64,000 nucleotides of DNA from Selenomonadales bacterium (GCA_018335585.1 JAGXRZ010000040.1:23906-87905); one strand, 5' to 3'; counted from the first letter of the stretch, positions 29,496 to 37,389 are shown. A program made the numbers and translations. Notes: a model not told the origin generated them from the letters alone.

Positions 29496-30515
29496 ATGAA
29501 CTTCACAAAAATGCACGGCTTAGGAAACGACTTTATCGTCGTCGATATGTTTGACGGGATGGAAATTCTCAAGCCGCATGGTGTTGCGCGCGCTATCTGC
29601 CACCGCCACTTTGGCGTGGGCGCTGATGGGCTGGTGCTAGTCCACCCGTCTGAGCGCGCCGATTGTCGCATGCAAATCTTTAATTCCGACGGCAGCGAGG
29701 CCGAGTCTTGCGGCAACGCCTTGCGCTGTGTGGCGCGGTTTATGCAGCTTAAAGGTAGGGTGCAGGGCACTGCCGTCCGCGTGGAGGCGTTAGCCGGCGT
29801 CTACAGCGCTGAGCTTGTGCCTGCGGCGCACGGCGAGACGCTTGTCAAAGTCAACATGGGTGCGCCATTGCTTCATCCTGCGGCTATCCCAGCCAACGTG
29901 GCAGGCGATGGACCTGTCTTAGACCTGAGTATCTCGACACCCCACGGGGACTTCTCCGGCGTATTAATTAACAGCGGCGTGCCGCATGTCGTCATCTTCG
30001 TCCCGGACCTAGCTGCCTTTGACTTTGTTCCCGCCGGGCAGGCCATTGAGAAGCATCCGCTCTTCCCGGCCGGCATTAACGTAGATTTTGTGCAAGTTAT
30101 TAGCCGCGACTATTTAAAGGTGCTGGTGTGGGAGCGCGGCGCAGGCGCGACGCTAGCCTGCGGCACGGGAGCCGCTGCCGTGGCTGTGGCCGCTAACCTT
30201 ACCGGGCGCGCCGACCGCCGCCTAACGGTAGAGCTGCCGGGTGGTGAGCTCTATATGGAGTGGGACGAAAAGACCGGCCATGTCTATATGACCGGTCCCG
30301 CAGCCGTAGCCTTTACAGGGCATGTGCCACTAGCAATGCTTGTAAAATCATATGTCGTTTGTCCCGACCACCTCGACGAAGCCATTGAGGAATTTCTCGA
30401 TGCCTTCGAGTCGCCCCCGGACATCCACCGGCTAAAAGACATTACCTTTACAGAGTGGACGGCGCCTCCTGCCTGCCACTTTTGTTCACGTGCGCCGGAG
30501 TTTTTGGTGGTCTAA
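29496..30515 (+). CDS. dapF: Diaminopimelate epimerase DapF (with ~55-aa C-terminal extension)
   Basis: NSDGSEAESCGNALRC and GTGAAAVAVAA DapF catalytic-Cys regions; ATG 1 nt after the fic stop with no obvious RBS; continues ~55 aa past the usual DapF C-terminus. Confidence 0.85.
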   Translation: MNFTKMHGLGNDFIVVDMFDGMEILKPHGVARAICHRHFGVGADGLVLVHPSERADCRMQIFNSDGSEAESCGNALRCVARFMQLKGRVQGTAVRVEALAGVYSAELVPAAHGETLVKVNMGAPLLHPAAIPANVAGDGPVLDLSISTPHGDFSGVLINSGVPHVVIFVPDLAAFDFVPAGQAIEKHPLFPAGINVDFVQVISRDYLKVLVWERGAGATLACGTGAAAVAVAANLTGRADRRLTVELPGGELYMEWDEKTGHVYMTGPAAVAFTGHVPLAMLVKSYVVCPDHLDEAIEEFLDAFESPPDIHRLKDITFTEWTAPPACHFCSRAPEFLVV

Positions 30516-30995
30516 GTGAAGATTACGATTGTCGCCGTAGGCACCTTAAAAGAAATCTTCTGGCGAGAAGCGGCTAAGGAATACCTAAAGCGCCTTGCCG
30601 GCTATGCGCACGTCGCGATTACAGAGCTTCCCGAATGCCGCGTAGGGCAAGACGCAAACGCCGGCGACGAGGCGCGAGCGCGCGCAGCGGAAGCACAGGC
30701 CATCGCTAAGGCCGTACCCCAAGGGAGCGTGCCAGTCCTTTTGGCCATTAACGGCGAGCAGCGGAGCTCCGAGCAATGGGCCGAATTTTTCGCCGCAGAG
30801 CAACTCGCGTCGCGCTCACATCTCACCTTTATAGTCGGCGGCTCGACCGGCGTCGCCGACAGCGTGAAATCTTTGTCTCACCACCAGTTCTCCCTCGGCC
30901 CGCTTACTCTTCCCCACCAACTCGCACGCATCGTCCTGCTCGAGCAAATCTACCGCGCGTTTCGCATTCTGCGGAATGAGCCGTACCATAAGTAA
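30516..30995 (+). CDS. rlmH: 23S rRNA (pseudouridine1915-N3)-methyltransferase RlmH
   Basis: 159 aa SPOUT protein ending ...QIYRAFRILRNEPYHK, typical of RlmH; GTG start abuts the dapF stop. Confidence 0.85.
   Translation: MKITIVAVGTLKEIFWREAAKEYLKRLAGYAHVAITELPECRVGQDANAGDEARARAAEAQAIAKAVPQGSVPVLLAINGEQRSSEQWAEFFAAEQLASRSHLTFIVGGSTGVADSVKSLSHHQFSLGPLTLPHQLARIVLLEQIYRAFRILRNEPYHK
30840..30865. repeat. Direct repeat copy 1 (ggctcgaccggcgtcgccgacagcgt), inside rlmH 3' region
   Basis: 21-bp exact (26-bp near-exact) match to 31960-31985. Confidence 0.8.
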
Positions 30996-30996
30996 C

Positions 30997-31030
30997 GGCG
31001 AGCCCTGACAGGACTCGTCATTTTTTCTCT
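30997..31030 (+). terminator. Rho-independent terminator after rlmH
   Basis: Imperfect stem ggcgagccctg / caggactcgtc followed by ATTTTTTCTCTT. Confidence 0.55.
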
Positions 31031-31148
31031 TGTAGGCTATATTCTCCCTACACATTCAGCTCAGTTGAAGATACTTACTGCTATTGCGTTCTAGAGAAGG
31101 GAAATAGTAAGCCTTCGACGAATAGAGCTTTGATAGGGAGGTGTTGTG

Positions 31149-31943
31149 ATGGAAGCTAAGTGGAAGCGCGACGCCATCATACGCTACAGTGCGGTCGTAT
31201 GTATTGCGGCTCTAGTCATGTCTAATGTCTGGTTGATGATTAAGGTAAACGATCTTATACGTGCGATTGGTTCTTTGCCGAGGCATATTCCGAGTCCTAC
31301 CACCTACGTCAACCTCAGCCCCTTGTATACAGGGGTTGTTGACGAGCGTGTTCTGATGGTCTCGGAAACGATGGGCGAAAAACTAATAGTTAGATACAAC
31401 TTCACCCTCACGGAACGAATTCCCGGTTACGTCTTAGTTGTCCGCTTTAGAGCAAGTCAGACAGCCGCTTGGGAACAAGTTCGCCCCGCGCCTCTCTACG
31501 GGCTGGAATACGAAGCCTTCCTTCACGTGAATCCGGCTCTCAGCTATGAGTACCAAGTTGTTCAAATGCTTGGAGACCAAGTCATGAGGGCCACCACCCC
31601 AGGCTTCATCAAAGTTGGTGAATGGGTGGGGACCTCCACCTTAAACATCGTGCGGTCCGGTTATCCCAACGAACGTAAGGTGCGAGTCGCTGTGTACCAG
31701 CCGCAATTTTCGGCGCTTAGAGCTTGGCAGGTAGATAAGGTCACTATCAAGCTCGACAATGCGCCTGAGGCAGTCGTTCTCGAAATGTTTCGCGGCGATC
31801 TAACCGGTTACAAGTTCGATGAAACAGTCTACCAGGCAGCTAGAGCGGTGACAGTCACCGCCTACTACGGGGATGGCGAGACCCGTAGTGTGACATTCGA
31901 CCCGCACAACCATTTCGAGCAACCGATAATAAGACGCGATTAG
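31149..31943 (+). CDS. Hypothetical membrane-anchored exported protein
   Basis: N-terminal hydrophobic anchor (YSAVVCIAALVMSNVWLMI) then ~230-aa domain with no recognisable motif; AGGGAG RBS; AT-richer than core genome. Confidence 0.55.
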   Translation: MEAKWKRDAIIRYSAVVCIAALVMSNVWLMIKVNDLIRAIGSLPRHIPSPTTYVNLSPLYTGVVDERVLMVSETMGEKLIVRYNFTLTERIPGYVLVVRFRASQTAAWEQVRPAPLYGLEYEAFLHVNPALSYEYQVVQMLGDQVMRATTPGFIKVGEWVGTSTLNIVRSGYPNERKVRVAVYQPQFSALRAWQVDKVTIKLDNAPEAVVLEMFRGDLTGYKFDETVYQAARAVTVTAYYGDGETRSVTFDPHNHFEQPIIRRD

Positions 31944-31959
31944 GAATAGGCGGTGGGAC

Positions 31960-31985
31960 GGCCTGACCGGCGTCGCCGACAGCGT
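31960..31985. repeat. Direct repeat copy 2 (ggcctgaccggcgtcgccgacagcgt)
   Basis: Matches 30840-30865; together they bracket the rlmH 3' end plus the hypothetical gene 31149-31943. Confidence 0.8.
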
Positions 31986-32041
31986 TTTGCGATCATGTCC
32001 CCGCTCAATACGGGGTGTGTTCCGGAAGGAGTCTTGGATTA

Positions 32042-32773
32042 ATGAAGAACAGCGACATTCTTGAGGATGTTTCTTGTCTGACTGCGAAGGCTGTTGCTCA
32101 CTATTGGGGAACGCGAACAACGCAGAGACAGAAACAAGAACATAGCGGTAAGATCGACCAGGGCCTACGCAGCGCAGTAACCGGAGGAGCCCAGATGGAC
32201 GGTTTCATTGATCTGGTTGTTGAACTAGTAGTGCGAGCCGGAATCCCTGAACGATGCATATTTAGAAAGAAGTCTGTTGAGCTCCCCGGCTACTTTAGGC
32301 CAACCAAAGAGTGGGATCTACTTGTTGTTAAAGAACAGACTTTGGTTGCTGCAGTTGAAGCTAAGTCACAGGTGGGCCCTTCATTCGGTAACAACTTTAA
32401 CAATCGAACTGAGGAAGCGCTAGGTAGCGCGGTTGATCTCTGGACTGCCTATCGAGAGAATCTTTATCTATCAAGTCCTCAACCGTTCTTAGGTTTCCTC
32501 TTCATGCTGGAAGACTGCAAGGCCTCGAACAGACCTGTCATGGTTCAGGAACCGCATTTCGAGGTTGCCAAGGAGTTTATCGGGGCGTCCTATAAGCGCA
32601 GATACGAGTTGCTTTGCCGAAAACTAGTCCTTGAAAGGCACTACACAGCCTCCGCATTTCTCGTATCGTCAACTGACAGAGGTAGTGCAGGAACCTTTAC
32701 CGTACCGGCGGAGGATCTATCTGTTGAGCGTTTCGCTAGAGTGTTAGTCAGCCATCTCGGAGCATTTGTATGA
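32042..32773 (+). CDS. Type II restriction endonuclease-like protein (PD-(D/E)xK fold, BamHI/BglII-like)
   Basis: WDLLVV...VEAKSQ acidic/EAK block and SFGNNFNNRTEEALG resembling the BamHI catalytic region; directly coupled (ATGA overlap) to a DNA methyltransferase; GGAAGGAG RBS before ATG 32042. Confidence 0.5.
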   Translation: MKNSDILEDVSCLTAKAVAHYWGTRTTQRQKQEHSGKIDQGLRSAVTGGAQMDGFIDLVVELVVRAGIPERCIFRKKSVELPGYFRPTKEWDLLVVKEQTLVAAVEAKSQVGPSFGNNFNNRTEEALGSAVDLWTAYRENLYLSSPQPFLGFLFMLEDCKASNRPVMVQEPHFEVAKEFIGASYKRRYELLCRKLVLERHYTASAFLVSSTDRGSAGTFTVPAEDLSVERFARVLVSHLGAFV

Positions 32774-33687
32774 AGCCAGTACAGACGACGCACAGGCTTG
32801 TCAATGGCGACGCACGAGATCTCTCATTCCTCAGTGATGCGTCTGTCCATCTGGTGGTAACTTCGCCCCCCTACTGGAATCTCAAGCGGTATAACGAGAG
32901 CCCCGGTCAGATGGGCCACATACAAGATTATGAGACGTTTCTCCTAGAGCTTGAGAAAGTGTGGAAGCAGGTGTACCGTGTCCTAGTTCCGGGCGGTCGC
33001 CTGGTGTGCGTTGTTGGCGACGTCTGTGTTTCTAGGCGCGAGTTCGGACGCCACTTAGTTTTCCCGCTCCATGCGGACATTGCAGTTATCTGCCGCCGTA
33101 TGGGGTTTGACAACCTTAACCCGATAATTTGGCATAAGATTACCAACGCTTCTTATGAAGTTGCCAATGGCTCGAAATTCCTCGGCAAGCCGTATGAGCC
33201 GAATGCGATTATCAAGAATGACATTGAGTTCATCTTGATGCAACGCAAACCTGGAGGTTATAGGAAGCCAAGCGAGTCGCAACGAGAGGCAAGCAAGATC
33301 AGCAAAGAAGACTTTGACCGCTGGTTTCAACAAATGTGGCACATTCCCGGCGCGTCAACAAAGCACCATCCAGCACCGTATCCATTAGAGCTCGCAGCGC
33401 GTCTGGTGCAAATGTTCTCATTTACCGAAGACACAGTGCTCGACCCCTTTTGTGGCTCCGGCACCACTATGGTCGCCGCACTAAGGGCCGGACGTAACAG
33501 CATTGGGATTGAGATTGACCCCCTCTATTGCCGCATGGCGGCGCAGTATCTAAAGGCTGAGAGCAACAACCTGTTCTCTGCTAACAGCACACTGCTCTTT
33601 GAGAGGTCTTCCGTTGAAGCTACCGGAGCCCTAAGAGAGGACGATGCCCTTTATGAAGTACGCGCTGCCAAGAAGAGACTCGAATAG
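32770..33687 (+). CDS. DNA methyltransferase, beta-class (motif IV SPPY before motif I DPFCGSGTT), probably N4-cytosine
   Basis: TSPPYWN (motif IV) near N-terminus and VLDPFCGSGTT (motif I) near C-terminus; this order defines beta-group amino-MTases, and SPPY is usual for N4C enzymes. Confidence 0.8.
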   Translation: MKPVQTTHRLVNGDARDLSFLSDASVHLVVTSPPYWNLKRYNESPGQMGHIQDYETFLLELEKVWKQVYRVLVPGGRLVCVVGDVCVSRREFGRHLVFPLHADIAVICRRMGFDNLNPIIWHKITNASYEVANGSKFLGKPYEPNAIIKNDIEFILMQRKPGGYRKPSESQREASKISKEDFDRWFQQMWHIPGASTKHHPAPYPLELAARLVQMFSFTEDTVLDPFCGSGTTMVAALRAGRNSIGIEIDPLYCRMAAQYLKAESNNLFSANSTLLFERSSVEATGALREDDALYEVRAAKKRLE

Positions 33688-33717
33688 GATGCGCTGTCCG
33701 CCACAGCGATGGTGGGC

Positions 33718-34116
33718 TTACTTTACCGCCACCGTCTTCGTCCAGCCGGTGAAACCTAGCACGTACCGCACTACTACCGCCCGCCCGTCCTTCTGTAGAT
33801 AACCAACCAACAGCACTCGGCGGTCCTCATCGTGTAGGATAAGTGGCGGAAACCGCGTCGTTTCCCGATACTCCCTTTGAGCGTCTTGAATGGCTGCATG
33901 CATTAAGGCCTCTCCTGTTAGACCTGCCACATGGAGTGTCGGCATCTGGCTCCAGTTTGTGACAACCTCGTACCTGCCGAGGTCAATTTCGTGCTTTTCC
34001 ACGAGCTGGCGGTGCGCTTCCCTGACCTGGTCCTCCGTAGGCTCTAGGGTGTTAGGAGCGATTGGGCTGCCGAGGTCAGGAGCGGCGGCATCCCACTCTG
34101 GCAAAGAGAACCCCAA
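33718..34116 (-). CDS. Hypothetical protein (132 aa)
   Basis: Open frame convergent with the MTase; no recognisable motif; overlaps the protease-like fragment by ~40 bp. Confidence 0.35.
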   Translation of the reverse strand: MGFSLPEWDAAAPDLGSPIAPNTLEPTEDQVREAHRQLVEKHEIDLGRYEVVTNWSQMPTLHVAGLTGEALMHAAIQDAQREYRETTRFPPLILHDEDRRVLLVGYLQKDGRAVVVRYVLGFTGWTKTVAVK

Positions 34117-34626
34117 TCAGCTTGCCGTTCTGCACGATTGGGCTACCGCTCATGCCTGGCTCAATTCTATCCTTCGCATGTAGCGGAGATACGAGTAGCA
34201 ACTGCTCGCCGCGGAACTGCATATACCCGACTACCCTTACCGTAAAAGGGCCAGCAGCTCCCGGGAGAACTGTGGCAACCTCTCCCACAACGATGTCCGC
34301 GGTGCCGCCTAGCCGAATAAGTTCCGTGTTGACGCGGGTTCCTTTAGGCATGCCCAGTGTAACGCCCTGGTCGCTATTGACCAGCACCTTGACATTGCAG
34401 AAGATGACGTTGTCGCTCTCTGCCCGCCAAGTCCGACTTCTCGGTCCGGGGCCTGCACTTCCCAGTAGGGAGAAAGCGTTGGATCTGTGGCCATAGATAG
34501 TGCCATGCTCCACCCAAGCAGCAGAAGCCCTAAGACGTTAAGGCCAACGAAAGCCAGCACGAGCTGAGTAGTTCTTCGCATGAAACACCACCCCCAAACG
34601 ACTGAAGTGCATGTAATATATTCCAC
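34076..34626 (-). pseudogene. SpoIVB-like (peptidase S55) serine peptidase fragment, apparently frameshifted/truncated
   Basis: Two overlapping same-strand ORFs in different frames. 34309-34626 encodes a signal/TM segment (MRRTTQLVLAFVGLNVLGLLLLGW). 34076-34513 encodes EPGMSGSPIVQNGKLIGV, matching the SpoIVB catalytic-Ser block (GMSGSPIIQNGKVIG), but ends ~20 aa later. No single intact frame. Confidence 0.4.
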
Positions 34627-34721
34627 TCACAGGCGGATAACTCCTTCATAATTAACAAACAGCTCCTCTACGCCCAATAGGCATATCCCGTGTCATTGTC
34701 CGCCTTAAACACAACCCCCTG

Positions 34722-34756
34722 CAGTAATCTCCTGCAGGGGGGTCTGTTATCTTGAT
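34722..34756 (-). terminator. Hairpin terminator downstream of the FMN-binding gene
   Basis: ccccctgcag..ctgcaggggg 10-bp stem; on the minus strand followed by TTGTGTTTAA. Confidence 0.4.
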
Positions 34757-34809
34757 GGCCAGAGGGGGCTCAGTTCATGTAGGCTGCGCCGCAGCCTTTA
34801 TTTTGTCTA

Positions 34810-35250
34810 TCAGGTGGGGCAAGCTGGGGCGTGCTTTAGAGCTTGTTCAATGGCCTTAAGAATGCCAATACTTGAGGTAGTCGCGCCGCTTACGGTATCG
34901 ACACTGACATTGCCGCGCGCCACAACTCTTTCGATGATGCCCTCCGCGGCCATGCGTGCATAGCGATTACTGCGATTCCTAATAATCTCCACGCCTGTAA
35001 TGCGGCGGTTGTGAACCTCAACCTCAACTTTGTACTTAGTGAGCCCAAGGCGGTACTCACCTATGTAGTGGCCCTCATGAATAGAAGAGAAGTCAATAGG
35101 TTCAATTGTCACCGCTAGCGCCGCGGTGGCCTCATAGCTGAGCTGGAACATATAGCCGATGCCAAGAAGTGCCACCAGCACAACTACAGCCACACCTGCA
35201 TAGATCATGTGCTTGTTCGTGACTGCTTTAGATTTTGCCAAACATATCAC
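34810..35250 (-). CDS. FMN-binding domain protein (NqrC/RnfG-like, membrane anchored)
   Basis: N-terminal TM helix and the flavin-attachment motif VDTVSGATTSS. Confidence 0.7.
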   Translation of the reverse strand: MICLAKSKAVTNKHMIYAGVAVVVLVALLGIGYMFQLSYEATAALAVTIEPIDFSSIHEGHYIGEYRLGLTKYKVEVEVHNRRITGVEIIRNRSNRYARMAAEGIIERVVARGNVSVDTVSGATTSSIGILKAIEQALKHAPACPT

Positions 35251-35313
35251 CTCGCTCTCGCTCTTGCTTAAGAATACTATTCGCTAGTTGCGCGAATAAT
35301 CCTGCTTCTGCTG

Positions 35314-35922
35314 CTAAAGCGAAACTACTTTGTGCGCAGTGCGCATTAGCTCCACAATCGAGTACATGTTGGTAATCTCACCTATAGCTAGCTTGTCCTT
35401 AAGTGCATAGAAATCTAGGCAAGCGCCGCAAGTGGCGATGCTCCAGCCGTTGGCTTCTAGTCTTTGCAGGCTCGGGAGCAGGGGGGAGCCTTCGCAGGTA
35501 ACGTGTGCGCCGCCGTGGAGAAAAACAAGGCGGTTCGCTTGCTCACCTGTTTCGGCTAAGGCATAGAGAAAAGTCTTAAGCAGAGCGCGGCCGAGTTCGG
35601 CGCTGCCGCGGCCGACTTCTTCCGCGGCAATGACGTAGAGTGTAAAGCCGAGCGGAGCAGGGGCAGCTTTTGGTGCGATGGCAACCGCGCTCAGCTCAAC
35701 GGGCTCAGGCTCACCAGGACGTATGGCAATGTAATAGGCTGTCCCCTCTTGCCGCACATCGGTACGGTAGCCAAGGCTACGGGCGAGCTTTTCTACGTTG
35801 CTTTTTGCGGCGTCGTTGTCGACCACAGAGACGAGCGGCTCGCTTCCATGTTCCTCTAGCGCCCGCTTAGTGTTTATGACAGGTAGCGGGCAGTTTAAAC
35901 CACGGTTATCTACGATGCGCAC
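35314..35922 (-). CDS. yedF: YedF-family protein (TusA-like domain fused to DsrE/DsrF-like domain)
   Basis: N-terminal GLNCPLPV (TusA CPxP motif); C-terminal DsrE-like region with conserved Cys; GAGGAGGG RBS before GTG. Confidence 0.7.
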   Translation of the reverse strand: MRIVDNRGLNCPLPVINTKRALEEHGSEPLVSVVDNDAAKSNVEKLARSLGYRTDVRQEGTAYYIAIRPGEPEPVELSAVAIAPKAAPAPLGFTLYVIAAEEVGRGSAELGRALLKTFLYALAETGEQANRLVFLHGGAHVTCEGSPLLPSLQRLEANGWSIATCGACLDFYALKDKLAIGEITNMYSIVELMRTAHKVVSL

Positions 35923-35937
35923 TTATATCCCTCCTCA

Positions 35938-35966
35938 GATAAAAAGCCGGGGTCGACGACCCCGGT
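35938..35966 (-). terminator. Rho-independent terminator after the nfeD-stomatin operon
   Basis: ccgggg/ccccgg stem with tcgacga loop; minus-strand transcript continues into TTTTTAT. Confidence 0.65.
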
Positions 35967-36004
35967 TAGATTATAACAGCTTATGCGAGCTCTAACAAAT
36001 GCTT

Positions 36005-36913
36005 TTACTTTATAACCACTCCCGCTAAGGCGGCAAGGCTACCGGCTAATCCGGCTAAGTCGTTAGGCACTACAATCTTCGTGGCTTGCCCATGCGCGAC
36101 TTCCTTCAGGGCGTCAAAACCTTGGATGGTGAGCAAGGCGGCGTCCGGCTGCACTTCTTTAATCATCGTAAGGCCGCGGGCACGGGCTTCGTTCACCTTG
36201 AGTATGGCCGCGGCTTCACCCTCGGCCTCAAGTATGCGTTGTTGCCGGGTGGCCTCTGCCGCTAATATGGCGCGTGTCTTCTCGGCTTCGGCCGCGAGGA
36301 TGGTAGCTTCTTTGCGCCCCTCCGCAGTTAGGATGTTAGCCGCGCGCTCGCCTTCCGCCGCGAGAATTTGCGCCCGCTTGTCGCGCTCGGCTCGCATCTG
36401 CTTTTCCATGGCGTCTTTAATGTCCTTAGGCGGCTCAATCGACTTTAGCTCCACGCGGTTAACCCTGACACCCCACTTGTCAGTCGCTTGGTCGAGGGTG
36501 AGGCGCAGCTGCGCATTAATGCGCTCGCGCGAGGTCAACGTTTCGTCTAAGGCCAGTTCGCCGATTACGTTTCTAATCGTCGTCTGCGTAAGCGTTTCGA
36601 TGCCTACGCGCAGCTTGGCAATTTCATACGTAGCCTTGACGGGGTCAGTGATTTGGTAGTAAATCACGGTATCAATCTGCATGGTGACATTGTCCTTGGT
36701 GATGACCGGCTGCGGGGGGTAATCCATTACCTGCTCGCGCAGGTCGATCAAGGGCAGAACGCGGTCAATAAAAGGAACGATGAATTGCAGTCCGTTAGGT
36801 AAGAGGCGGTGGTAGCTGCCAAGGCGCTCCACCACGCCCACCGTTGACTGACGGATAACCCGGAAAGAAAACAGAGCGACAATCAGGACAAAAGCTAGCA
36901 GTACCCAAAGCAT
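36005..36913 (-). CDS. SPFH/band-7 (stomatin-like) protein
   Basis: N-terminal TM helix, SPFH core, C-terminal A/E-rich coiled coil (AERDKRAQILAAEGERAANIL...). Confidence 0.85.
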   Translation of the reverse strand: MLWVLLAFVLIVALFSFRVIRQSTVGVVERLGSYHRLLPNGLQFIVPFIDRVLPLIDLREQVMDYPPQPVITKDNVTMQIDTVIYYQITDPVKATYEIAKLRVGIETLTQTTIRNVIGELALDETLTSRERINAQLRLTLDQATDKWGVRVNRVELKSIEPPKDIKDAMEKQMRAERDKRAQILAAEGERAANILTAEGRKEATILAAEAEKTRAILAAEATRQQRILEAEGEAAAILKVNEARARGLTMIKEVQPDAALLTIQGFDALKEVAHGQATKIVVPNDLAGLAGSLAALAGVVIK

Positions 36914-37389
36914 TAACTGATTCCCTCCTTATTTTGGTTTGTGTTAAGTGTAAGCGCGCGGACCACCAGCCTGACACCGATAACCCCGAGCACCTCCACC
37001 TTTTCACCTACGTCAATGTCGCGCGGCGTCTCCGCCAAGGCTGACCATTCTTCGCCCAGGACTTTAACCACGCCGAGGCCGCTCGCGGCAGAGATGCGCT
37101 GCGTGACCGTCGCCTTCGTGCCCACCATGGCGTTGTAGTTGGTCTTTGTCTCTTTAGCCTCGCTGCGCACACGTGCCGCGAGACTGCGGCTACAGGCAAG
37201 CAGCACTACGGTCGTCAGGATAAACGACACCAGTTGTACCGCCATAGACAATTCAAGGTAGGCCGCCAATGCCGCCGCTAAAGCTCCTATACCAAACCAA
37301 ATAATTACAAACCCGGGCGTAATCATCTCGAAGCCGATCAGCGCCAGACCGACTATAAGCCAAGTCAGCCACACGTCCACGCCAAGCAC
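36913..37389 (-). CDS. NfeD-like membrane protein (short form, stomatin operon partner)
   Basis: Three N-terminal TM helices plus C-terminal OB-fold-like soluble domain; stop/start overlap with the stomatin gene. Confidence 0.75.
   Translation of the reverse strand: MLGVDVWLTWLIVGLALIGFEMITPGFVIIWFGIGALAAALAAYLELSMAVQLVSFILTTVVLLACSRSLAARVRSEAKETKTNYNAMVGTKATVTQRISAASGLGVVKVLGEEWSALAETPRDIDVGEKVEVLGVIGVRLVVRALTLNTNQNKEGIS

Noticed and set aside
34062-34496. + strand 144-aa ORF across the SpoIVB-like remnant
   Set aside because: Low-complexity Pro/Ser/Thr-rich translation antisense to the peptidase fragment; no start context.
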